Shown here: positions 37,301 through 49,300 of the stretch, piece by piece
Numbering within the stretch: position 1 is the first letter of the stretch
Layout of the letters: every line of letters starts with the position of its first letter
Assembly (NCBI GenBank): GCA_027923505.1
Contig: BROI01000001.1
Coordinates: 62,001-126,000 of the forward strand
DNA from: Mayamaea pseudoterrestris
Taxonomy: Eukaryota
Reading direction: 5' to 3'
Length of the DNA: 64,000 nt
Program-made: the position numbers and the translations under genes
Notes under the pieces: generated by a model
Database searches by the model: none
What the model saw: the letters and a program-made list of their open reading frames with translations, nothing else
What the model was told of the DNA's origin: nothing

Positions 37301-40300
37301 GCACTGGGAGACAGGCTTGGTGAACTACTAGGAGATCCACTTGGTGAGCTGCTTGGCTCCAAACTTGGTGTGGAGCTAGGTGGGCTGCTTGGAGTGGCAC
37401 TGGGCAAGCTGCTAGGGGCTCCACTCGGACCAGCGCTTGGCTTTGAGCTTGGCTGGGTACTAGGAGCACTGCTGGGTGTGCTGCTTGGGACGGAACTGGG
37501 TGTTGCACTTGGCAAAGAGCTTGGGATGCTGCTTGGCAGGGCACTGGGACTACTGCTTGGGATTCCACTTGGAGATGCACTTGGACCACCACTGGGGGAA
37601 GCACTAGGTGAACTGCTGGGTTCTGCACTAGGGGAAATGCTTGGTGACAAACTTGGGCCAGAGCTTGGCTCAAGACTAGGTGGGGAACTGGGACCTCCAC
37701 TGGGTGCAAGGCTTGGTGAACCACTGGGAACTGCACTGGGCGCAATGCTTGGTGATGCACTTGGTCCACTGCTTGGGCTAGCACTTGGTGATGAGCTCGG
37801 TGTGGCACTGGGCAAGGCACTTGGTCCCCCACTTGGAGCACTACTGGGTGATGCACTAGGTAGTATACTGGGAGCTGAGGTGGGTTGAGCACTTGGTGCG
37901 GTGCTTGGTGATGCACTGGGCCCAGAGCTTGGCACTGCACTGGGAGACAGGCTTGGTGAACTACTAGGCGATCCACTTGGTGAGCTGCTTGGCTCCAAAC
38001 TTGGTGTGGAGCTAGGTGGGCTGCTTGGAGTGGCACTGGGCAAGCTGCTAGGGGCTCCACTTGGACCAGCGCTTGGCTGTGAGCTTGGCTGGGCACTAGG
38101 AGCACTGCTGGGTGTGCTGCTTGGGAGGGAACTGGGTGTTGCACTTGGCAAAGAGCTTGGGATGCTGCTTGGCAGGGCACTGGGACTACTGCTTGGGATT
38201 CCACTTGGAGATGCACTTGGACCACCACTTGGGGAAGCACTAGGTGAACTGCTGGGTTCTTCACTAGGGGAGATGCTTGGTGACACACTTGGGCCAGAGC
38301 TTGGCTCAAGACTAGGTGGGGAACTGGGACCTCCACTGGGTGCAAGGCTTGGTGAACCACTGGGAACTGCACTGGGCGCAATGCTTGGTGATGCACTTGG
38401 TCCACTGCTTGGGCTAGCACTTGGTGATGAGCTCGGTGTGGCACTGGGCAAGGCACTTGGTCCCCCACTGGGAGCACTACTGGGTGATGCACTAGGCAGT
38501 ACACTGGGAGCTGAGCTGGGTTGAGCACTTGGTGCGGTGCTTGGTGATGCACTGGGTCCAGAGCTTGGCACTGCACTGGGAGACAGGCTTGGTGAACTAC
38601 TAGGCGATCCACTTGGTGAGCTGCTTGGCTCCAAACTTGGTGCAGAGCTAGGTGGGCTGCTTGGAGTGGCACTGGGCAAGCTGCTTGGGGCTCCACTCGG
38701 ACCAGCGCTTGGCTTTGAGCTTGGCTGGGTACTAGGAGCACTGCTGGGTGTGCTGCTTGGGAGGGAACTGGGTGTTGCACTTGGCAAAGAGCTTGGGATG
38801 CTGCTTGGCAGGGCGCTGGGACTACTGCTTGGGATTCCACTTGGAGATGCACTTGGACCACCACTTGGGGAAGCACTAGGTGAACTGCTGGGTTCTGCAC
38901 TAGGGGAGATGCTTGGTGACACACTTGGGCCAGAGCTTGGCTCAAGACTAGGTGGGGAACTGGGACCTCCACTGGGTGCAAGGCTTGGTGAACCACTGGG
39001 AACTGCACTGGGCGCAATGCTTGGTGATGCACTTGGTCCACTGCTTGGGCTAGCACTTGGTGATGAGCTCGGTGTGGCACTGGGCAAGGCACTTGGTCCC
39101 CCACTGGGAGCACTACTGGGTGATGCACTAGGTAGTACACTGGGAGCTGAGCTGGGTTGAGCACTTGGTGCGGTGCTTGGTGATGCACTGGGTCCAGAGC
39201 TTGGCACTGCACTGGGAGACAGGCTTGGTGAACTAGTGGGTGATCCACTTGGTGAGCTGCTAGGCTCCAAACTTGGTGCGGAGCTAGGTGGGCTGCTTGG
39301 AGTGGCACTGGGCAAGCTGCTAGGGGCTCCACTCGGACCAGCGCTTGGTGGGCTACTTGGTAGTCTACTGGGCAAGCTACTGGGAGTTCCACTTGGGCTG
39401 GAGGTTGGTGGTGAAGTTGGATGAGTACTAGGAGCATGGCTTGGTGCAATGCTTGGCAAAGCACTGGGCAGATCAGTTGGATATGGAATACCAGGGGAAA
39501 AAGGAGATGGTGTCTCAGTAACATCAATGCACAGACCCAAATATGAAATGGCTGCACCTCCAATGAGGTTTACTTCCAGCTTCATAATATCAGGAGCATT
39601 CAGGTCAACTTTATATTCCATGCCAGCGCCAGATGATGGGGGAGTAAATTTGGACTCAAAGACATCACCATTAAAATCTGTAGCTGCAATAAGTGTGCCA
39701 AAGGATGATGGGTTCAGTATGCCAATCTGCACTACTTCATGGATTGGCTGTGAGAAAGTAAATACAATGACCCCATCTTCAGCTGCAACTGGAAATGATT
39801 CAGTGCCATTCTGTACAATTAGAACATTGCCAATGTTTGGATTGCCTAGTGGAGTCCCAAGAGATGCTGATGAATCCAAAATACGTGGTAGACCATAGGA
39901 TGTAAAGCCTCCAGTGGCAGTCATCCTGAACTTGAACTCATCCCACTGAGTTGAAACATATGCACCAGCAGGGACTGGGAAACCATCATCATCATTGGCA
40001 AATGTAACATTAAAGTACTCACACGGCTTAGTTGGTGACGCACTAGGTGATGCACTGGGAGACTCAGTAGGTGATGAACTTGGAAGTTGTACACTTGGTA
40101 AAGCACTAGGGCCTAAGGTAGGAGCTTCAGAAGGGCCTGATGTAGGTGTTGTGCTTGGCATACTGGATGGATTGACACTAGGAAGTCCACTGGGTAGAGA
40201 CGTTGGACTGTAAGTAGGAGACTCAGATGGCAAGGAACTGGGGGAACCAGTGGGTAAATTTGATGGAGATGTACTAGGTCCACCAGAAGGTAAATCAGTG

Positions 40301-43300
40301 GGAGCTATTGGGCTTACAGATGGTGAGGTTGTTGGACTTGTGGTTGGTCCACCAGTGGGTGCAACAGTTGGTGACACAGTGGGGCCTCCAGAAGGTGAGA
40401 CTGTTGGGCTGGTGGTTGGTAATCCAGTTGGCACACCCGTGGGAGAAACGGTTGGTGTGCTTGTTACTGGGCTAGCAGTTGGGTTGCCTGGTTCAACAGT
40501 AGGCTGACCAGTTGGGGAGACAGTTGGTCCACCAGTGGGTGCACTTGTTGGTGACACAGTTGGACCACCAGTTGGCCCAGCAGTGGGAGAAGCAGTAGGA
40601 CCACCAGAAGGTGTTGCTGTTGGGCCTCCAGATGGTGATGCAGTTGGCGAGGTAGTTGGTCCACTGGTAGGTGCACCAGTGGGTGCACCAGTGGGTGAAA
40701 TAGTTGGGCTACCAGATGGAGACATAGTTGGAGCACCAGTTGGTGACACAGTGGGGCCTCCAGAAGGTGAGGCTGTTGGGCTGGTGGTTGGTAATCCAGT
40801 TGGCACACCAGTGGGAGAAACGGTTGGTGTGCTTGTTACTGGGCTAGCAGTTGGGTTGCCTGGTTCAACAGTAGGCTGACCAGTTGGGGAGACAGTTGGT
40901 CCACCAGTGGGTGCACTTGTTGGTGACACAGATGGACCACCAGTTGGCCCAGCAGTGGGAGAAGCAGTAGGACCACCAGAAGGTGATGCTGTTGGGCTTC
41001 CAGATGGAGAAACAGTCGGACCAGCAGATGGCGAAACAGTCGGGCCACCAGATGAAGAAACAGTAGGAGATATTGATGGGCCAGATGAAGGAGACGCAGT
41101 TGGGCTACCAGTGGGGGCAACAGATGGTGACCCAGTGGGGCCTCCAGAAGGTGAGACTGTTGGGCTGGTGGTTGGTAATCCAGTTGGCACACCAGTGGGA
41201 GAAACGGTTGGTGTGCTTGTTACTGGGCTAGCAGTTGGGTTGCCTGGTTCAACAGTAGGCTGACTAGTTGGGGAGACAGTTGGTGCACCAGTGGGTGCCC
41301 TTGTTGGTGACACAGTTGGACCACCAGTTGGCCCAGCAGTGGGAGAAGCAGTAGGACCACCAGAAGGTGATGCTGTAGGGCCTCCAGATGGTGATGCAGT
41401 TGGAGAGGTAGTTGGTCCACTGGTAGGCGCACCAGTGGGTGCACCAGTGGGTGAAATAGTTGGGCCACCAGATGGAGAAACAGTTGGGCCACCAGATGGA
41501 GACACAGTGGGGCCTCCAGAAGGTGAGGCTGTTGGGCTGGTGGTTGGTAATCCAGTTGGCACACCAGTGGGAGAAACGGTTGGTGTGCTTGTTACTGGGC
41601 TAGCAGTTGGGTTGCCTGGTTCAACAGTAGGCTGACCAGTTGGGGAGACAGTTGGTCCACCAGTGGGTGCACTTGTTGGTGACACAGTTGGACCACCAGT
41701 TGGCCCAGCAGTGGGAGAAGCAGTAGGACCACCAGAAGGTGATGCTGTTGGGCCTCCAGATGGAGATGCAGTTGGACCAGCAGATGGTGAAACAGTTGGG
41801 CCACCAGATGGAGACACAGTAGGAGATACCGTTGGTCCTCCAGAAGGTGAGACTGTTGGGCTGGTGGTTGGTAATCCAGTTGGCACACCAGTGGGAGAAA
41901 CGGTTGGTGTGCTTGTTACTGGGCTAGCAGTTGGGTTGCCTGGTTCAACAGTAGGCTGACCAGTTGGGGAGACAGTTGGTCCACCAGTGGGTGCACTTGT
42001 TGGTGACACAGTTGGACCACCAGTTGGCCCAGCAGTGGGCGAAGCAGTAGGACCACCAGAAGGTGATGCTGTTGGGCTTCCAGATGGAGAAACTGTTGGA
42101 CCAGCAGATGGCGAAACAGTCGGGCCACCAGATGGAGATACAGTAGGAGATACTGTTGGGCTAGATGAAGGAGACACAGTTGGGCCACCAGTAGGTGCAA
42201 CAGTTGGTGACACAGTGGGGCTTCCAGAAGGTGAGACTGTTGGGCTGGTGGTTGGTAATCCAGTTGGCACACCAGTGGGAGAAACGGTTGGTGTGCTTGT
42301 TACTGGGCTAGCAGTTGGGTTGCCTGGTTCAACAGTAGGCTGACCAGTTGGGGAGACAGTTGGTCCACCAGTGGGTGCACTTGTTGGTGACACAGTTGGA
42401 CCACCAGTTGGCCCAGCAGTGGGCGAAGCAGTAGGACCACCAGAAGGTGATGCTGTTGGGCTTCCAGATGGAGAAACTGTTGGACCAGCAGATGGCGAAA
42501 CAGTCGGGCCACCAGATGGAGATACAGTAGGAGATACTGTTGGGCTAGATGAAGGAGACACAGTTGGGCCACCAGTAGGTGCAACAGTTGGTGACACAGT
42601 GGGGCTTCCAGAAGGTGAGACTGTTGGTCTGGTGGTTGGTAATCCAGTTGGCACACCAGTGGGAGAAACGGTTGGTGTGCTTGTTACTGGGCTAGCAGTT
42701 GGGTTGCCTGGTTCAACAGTAGGCTGACCAGTTGGGGAGACAGTTGGTCCACCAGTGGGTGCACTTGTTGGTGACACAGTTGGACCACCAGTTGGCCCAG
42801 CAGTGGGAGAAGCAGTAGGACCACCAGAAGGTGTTGCTGTTGGGCTTCCAGATGGAGAAACAGTTGGACCAGCAGATGGTGAAACAGTTGGGCCACCAGA
42901 TGGAGATACAGTAGGAGATATTGTTGGGCCAGATGAAGGAGACGCAGTTGGGCCACCAGTGGGGGCAACAGATGGTGAACCAGTGGGGCCTCCAGAAGGT
43001 GTGACTGTTGGGCTGGTGGTTGGTAATCCAGTTGGCACACCAGTGGGAGAAACGGTTGGTGTGCTTGTTACTGGGCTAGCAGTTGGGTTGCCTGGTTCAA
43101 CAGTAGGCTGACTAGTTGGGGAGACAGTTGGTCCACCAGTGGGTGCACTCGTTGGTGACACAGTTGGACCACCAGTTGGCCCAGCAGTGGGAGACGCAGT
43201 AGGACCACCAGAAGGTGATGCTGTTGGGCCTCCAGATGGAGATGCAGTTGGGACAGCAGATGGTGAAACAGTTGGGCCACCAGATGGAGATACAGTAGGA

Positions 43301-46300
43301 GATACTGTTGGGCTAGATGAAGGAGACACAGTTGGGCCACCAGTGGGTGCAACAGTTGGTGACACAGTGGGGCTTCCAGAAGGTGAGACTGTTGGGCTGG
43401 TGGTTGGTAATCCAGTTGGCACACCAGTGGGAGAAACGGTTGGTGTGCTTGTTACTGGGCTAGCAGTTGGGTTGCCTGGTTCAACAGTAGGCTGACCAGT
43501 TGGGGAGACAGTTGGTCCACCAGTGGGTGCACTTGTTGGTGACACAGTTGGACCACCAGTTGGCCCAGCAGTGGGAGAAGCAGTAGGACCACCAGAAGGT
43601 GATGCTGTTGGGCTTCCAGATGGAGAAACAGTTGGACCAGCAGATGGTGAAACAGTTGGGCCACCAGATGGAGATACAGTAGGAGATATTGTTGGGCCAG
43701 ATGAAGGAGACGCAGTTGGGCCACCAGTGGGGGCAACAGATGGTGAACCAGTGGGGCCTCCAGAAGGTGTGACTGTTGGGCTGGTGGTTGGTAATCCAGT
43801 TGGCACACCAGTGGGAGAAACGGTTGGTGTGCTTGTTACTGGGCTAGCAGTTGGGTTGCCTGGTTCAACAGTAGGCTGACTAGTTGGGGAGACAGTTGGT
43901 CCACCAGTGGGTGCACTCGTTGGTGACACAGTTGGACCACCAGTTGGCCCAGCAGTGGGAGACGCAGTAGGACCACCAGAAGGTGATGCTGTTGGGCCTC
44001 CAGATGGAGATGCAGTTGGGACAGCAGATGGTGAAACAGTTGGGCCACCAGATGGAGACACAGTTGGAGATACCGTTGGTCCTCCAGAAGGTGAGACTGT
44101 TGGGCTAGTGGTTGGTAATCCAGTTGGCACGCCAGTGGGAGAAACGGTTGGTGTGCTTGTTACTGGGCTAGCAGTTGGGTTGCCTGTTTCAACAGTAGGC
44201 TGACCAGTTGGGGAGACAGTTGGTCCACCAGTGGGTGCACTTGTTGGTGACACAGTTGGACCACCAGTTGGCCCAGCAGTGGGAGAAGCAGTAGGACCAC
44301 CAGAAGGTGTTGCTGTTGGGCTTCCAGATGGAGAAACAGTTGGACCAGCAGATGGCGAAACAGTTGGGCCACCAGATGGAGATACAGTAGGAGATATTGT
44401 TGGACCAGCAGATGGTGAAACAGTTGGGCCACCAGATGGAGACACAGTAGGAGATACCGTTGGTCCTCCAGAAGGTGAGACTGTTGGGCTGGTGGTTGGT
44501 AATCCAGTTGGCACACCAGTGGGAGAAACGGTTGGTGTGCTTGTTACTGGGCTAGCAGTTGGGTTGCCTGGTTCAACAGTAGGCTGACCAGTTGGGGTGA
44601 CAGTTGGTCCACCAGTGGGTGCACTTGTTGGTGACACAGTTGGGCCACCAGTTGGCCCAGCAGTGGGAGAAGCAGTAGGAACACCAGAAGGTGATGCTGT
44701 TGGGCCTCCAGATGGTGATGCAGTTGGACCAGCAGATGGTGAAACAGTTGGGCCACCAGATGGAGACACAGTGGGAGATACCGTTGGTCCTCCAGAAGGT
44801 GAGACTGTTGGGCTGGTGGTTGGCCCTCCAGTTGGCACACCAGTGGGAGAAACTGTTGGTGTGCTTGTTACTGGGCTAGCAGTTGGGTTGCCTGGTTCAA
44901 CAGTAGGCTGACTAGTTGGGGAGACAGTTGGTCCATCAGTGGGTGCACTTGTTGGTGACACAGTTGGACCACCCGTTGGCCCAGCAGTGGGAGAAGCAGT
45001 AGGACCACCAGAAGGTGATGCTGTTGGGCCTCCAGATGGAGATGCAGTTGGAGAGGTAGTTGGTCCACTGGTGGGTGCACCAGTGGGTGCACCAGTGGGT
45101 GAAACAGTTGGGCCACCAGATGGAGACGTAGTTGGAGCACCAGTTGGTGACACAGTGGGGCCTCCAGATGGTGAGGCTGTTGGGCTGGAGGTTGGTAATC
45201 CAGTTGGCACACCAGTGGGAGAAATGGTTGGTGTGCTTGTTACTGGGCTAGCAGTTGGGTTGCCTGGTTCAACAGTAGGCTGACTAGTTGGGGAGACAGT
45301 TGGTCCACCAGTGGGTGCACTTGTTGGTGACACAGTTGGGCCACCAGTTGGCCCAGCAGTGGGAGAAGCAGTAGGAACACCAGAAGGTGATGCTGTTGGG
45401 CCTCCAGATGGTGATGCAGTTGGACCAGCAGATGGTGAAACAGTTGGGCCACCAGATGGAGACACAGTGGGAGATACCGTTGGTCCTCCAGAAGGTGAGA
45501 CTGTTGGGCTGGTGGTTGGCCCTCCAGTTGGCACACCAGTGGGAGAAACGGTTGGTGTGCTTGTTACTGGGCTAGCAGTTGGGTTGCCTGGTTCAACAGT
45601 AGGCTGACTAGTTGGGGAGACAGTTGGTCCATCAGTGGGTGCACTTGTTGGTGACACAGTTGGACCACCCGTTGGCCCAGCAGTGGGAGAAGCAGTAGGA
45701 CCACCAGAAGGTGATGCTGTTGGGCCTCCAGATGGAGATGCAGTTGGAGAGGTAGTTGGTCCACTGGTGGGTGCACCAGTGGGTGCACCAGTGGGTGAAA
45801 CAGTTGGGCCACCAGATGGAGACGTAGTTGGAGCACCAGTTGGTGACACAGTGGGGCCTCCAGAAGGTGAGACTGTTGGGCTGGTGGTTGGCCCTCCAGT
45901 TGGCACACCAGTGGGAGAAACGGTTGGTGTGCTTGCTACTGGGCTAGCAGTTGGGTTGCCTGGTTCGACAGTAGGCTGACTAGTTGGGGAGACAGTTGGT
46001 CCACCAGTGGGTGCACTTGTTGGTGACACAGTTGGACCACCAGTTGGCCCAGCAGTGGGAGACGCAGTAGGACCACCAGAAGGTGATGCTGTTGGGCCTC
46101 TAGATGGAGATGCAGTTGGACCAGCAGATGGTGAAACAGTTGGGCCACCAGATGGAGACACAGTAGGAGATACCGTTGGTCCTCCAGAAGGTGAGACTGT
46201 TGGGCTGGTAATTGGCACTCCAGTTGGCACACCAGTGGGAGAAACTGTTGGCAAGCGTGTTACTGGGCTAGCAGTTGGGTTGCCTGGTTCAACAGTAGGC

Positions 46301-49300
46301 TGACCAGTAGGGGAATCAGTTGTTTCACCAGTTGGAAATTGTTCTGTTCGTCCCACTGTTTTTATTGTTGGCTCCAAGGTTTGTTCTCTAGTGGGTTGTG
46401 CAGTGGGACTCGTAATGAGTGGTCCACCAGATGGAGATGCAGTTGGAGAGGTAGTTGGTCCACTGGTGGGTGCACCAGTGGGTGAAACAGTTGGGCCACC
46501 AGATGGAGACGTAGTTGGAGCACCAGTTGGTAACACAGTGGGGCCTCCAGAAGGTGAGGCTGTTGGGCTGGAGGTTGGTAATCCAGTTGGCACACCAGTG
46601 GGAGAAACCGTTGGTGTGCTTGTTACTGGGCTAGCAGTTGGGTTGCCAGGTTCAACAGTGGGCTGACCAGTTGGGGAGATGGTTGGTCCACCAATGGGTG
46701 CTCCTGTTGGTGGCAAAGTAGGCAAACTAGTTGGTGATACTGTAGGAAGAATAGTTGGACCACCTGAAGGAAAGAATGTTGGCAAGGTAGATGGAGTTGG
46801 TGTAGGACCCGATGATGGAGTTGCTGTAGGTCCAGATGTTTTGGGTAATGAAGGTGCAGCAGTAGGTCCTACACTGGAAGGGACTGATTGAAAAGCAACA
46901 GGCACCGCACTGGTTGGAGCTGGTGTGCCAGAATAAGCCTCCGTGCCTCCACTGGTTGGAGCTGGTGTGCCAGAGTAAGCCTCCGTGCCTCCACTGGTTG
47001 GAGCTGGTGTGCCAGAGTAAGCCTCAGTGCCTCCACTGGTTGGAGCTGGTGTGCCAGAGTAAGCCTCAGTGCCTCCACTGGTTGGAGCTGGTGTGCCAGA
47101 GTAAGCCTCCGTGCCTCCACTGGTTGGAGCTGGTGTGCCAGAGTAAGCCTCCGTGCCTCCACTGGTTGGAGCTGGTGTGCCAGAGTAAGCCTCCGTGCCT
47201 CCGCTGGTTGGAGCTGGTGTGCCAGAGTAAGCCTCAGTGCCTCCGCTGGTTGGAGCCGGTGTGCCAGAGTAAGCCTCAGTGCCTCCACTGGTTGGAGCTG
47301 GTGTGCCAGAGTAAGCCTCCGTGCCTCCACTGGTTGGAGCCGGTGTGCCAGAGTAAGCCTCCGTGCCTCCACTGGTTGGAGCTGGTGTGCCAGAGTAAGC
47401 CTCCGTGCCTCCGCTGGTTGGAGCTGGTGTGCCAGAGTAAGCCTCAGTGCCTCCGCTGGTTGGAGCCGGTGTGCCAGAGTAAGCCTCAGTGCCTCCACTG
47501 GTTGGAGCCGGTGTGCCAGAGTAAGCTTCCGTGCCTCCACTGGTTGGAGCCGGTGTGCCAGAGTCAGCCTCAGTGCCTCCGCTGGTTGGAGCCAGTGTGC
47601 CAGAGTAAGCCTCAGTGCCTCCGCTGGTTGGAGCTGGTGTGCCAGAGTAAGCCTCAGTGCCTCCAATGGTTGGAGCCGGTGTGCCAGAAAAAGCCTCCGT
47701 GTCTCCAATGGTTGGAGCTGGTGTGTCAGAGTAAGCCTCCGTGCCTCCACTGGTTGGAGCTGGTGTGCCAGAGTAAGCCTCAGTGCCTCCACTGGTTGGA
47801 GCCAGTGTGCCAGAGTAAGCTTCCGTGCCTCCACTGGTTGGAGCCGGTGTGCCAGAGTCAGCCTCAGTGCCTCCACTGGTTGGAGCCAGTGTGCCAGGGT
47901 AAGCCTCAGTGCCTCCGCTGGTTGGAGCCGGTGTGCCAGAGTAAGCCTCAGTGCCTCCGCTGGTTGGAGCCGGTGTGCCACGGTAAGCCTCAGTGCCTCC
48001 GCTGGTTGGAGCCGGTGTGCCAGAGTAAGCCTCAGTGCCTCCACTGGTTGGAGCCGGTGTGCCAGAGTAAGCCTCAGTGCCTCCACTGGTTGGAGCCGGT
48101 GTGCCAGAGTAAGCCTCAGTGCCTCCACTGGTTGGAGCTGGTGTGCCAGAGTAAGCCTCCGTGCCTCCACTGGTTGGAGCTGGTGTGCCAGGGTAAGCCT
48201 CAGTGCCTCCGCTGGTTGGAGCCGGTGTGCCAGAGTTAGCCTCTGTGCTTCCACTGGTTGGAGCTGGTGTGCCAGAGTCAGCCTCAGTGCCTCCGCTGGT
48301 TGGAGCCGGTGTGCCAGAGTAAGCCTCCGTGCCTCCACTGGTTGGAGCTGGTGTGCCAGAGTAAGCCTCCGTGCCTGCACTGGTTGGAGCTGGTGTGCCA
48401 GAGTAAGCCTCAGTGCCTCCACTGGTTGGAGCCAGTGTGCCAGAGTAAGCTTCCGTGCCTCCACTGGTTGGAGCCGGTGTGGCAGAGTCAGCCTCAGTGC
48501 CTCCGCTGGTTGGAGCCGGTGTGCCAGGGTTAGCCTCGGTGCCTCCGCTGGTTGGAGCCGGTGTGCCACGGTAAGCTTCCGTGCCTCCACTGGTTGGAGC
48601 TGTTGTGCCAGAGTAGGCCTCCGTGCCTCCACTGGTTGGAGCTGGTGTGCCAGAGTAAGTCTCCGTGCCTCCACTGGTTGGAGCCAGTGTGCCAGAGTAA
48701 GCCTCAGTGCCTCCACTGGTTGGAGCTGGTGTTCCAAAGTATGCCTCAGTGCCTCCGCTGGTTGGAGCCGGTGTGCCACGACTTAATTGTTGGACGTCAT
48801 CTGATGGTGCTGGAGTGCCAGTGAATTCTTTAGATCCTTCACTTGATGGAGCTGGCGTTCCATTTAGAGACTGGTCCCCTTGACTTGTTGGTGCAGAAGT
48901 TTCTGCTGTAAGGCTATCACTAGAAGGAGCCGGCGTTCCATTTGAAGACTGGTCCCCTTGACTTGTTGGCGCAGAAGAAGGAGCCGGCGTTCCATTTGGA
49001 GACTGTTCTGCTCCACTTGTTGGCAACGGAGTACCTGTGATTCGAAGAGCTCCAGCAGATGGAGCTGGCGTTCCAATTGATGACTGGTCCCCTTCACTCG
49101 TTGGCGCTGGAGTGCCAGTAATTTTAAGACCCTCAGTAGATGGAGCTGGTGTTCCGATTGATGACTGGTCCCCTCCACTTGTTGGCGCTGGAGTTCCAGT
49201 TGTTTGAAGACCTCCAGTAGATGGAGCTGGCGTTTCAAGTAATAACTGATCCCCTTCACTTGTTGGCGCTGGAGTGCCAGTAGTTTGAAGACCCTCAGTT

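Noticed and set aside
24255..46595. His/Gln/Val/Leu-rich minus-strand ORFs (e.g. 885 aa at 26331-28988, 1,370 aa at 35451-39563)
   Set aside because: They are alternative frames of the same repeats. Only the PS/PT frame is continuous with the Cys-rich domains.
46869..48786. Three further long ORFs over the 42-nt array, and its superficial CRISPR-like regularity
   Set aside because: A stop-free unit whose length is a multiple of 3 opens several frames automatically. There are no unique spacers or cas genes, and the array lies within a eukaryotic exon.
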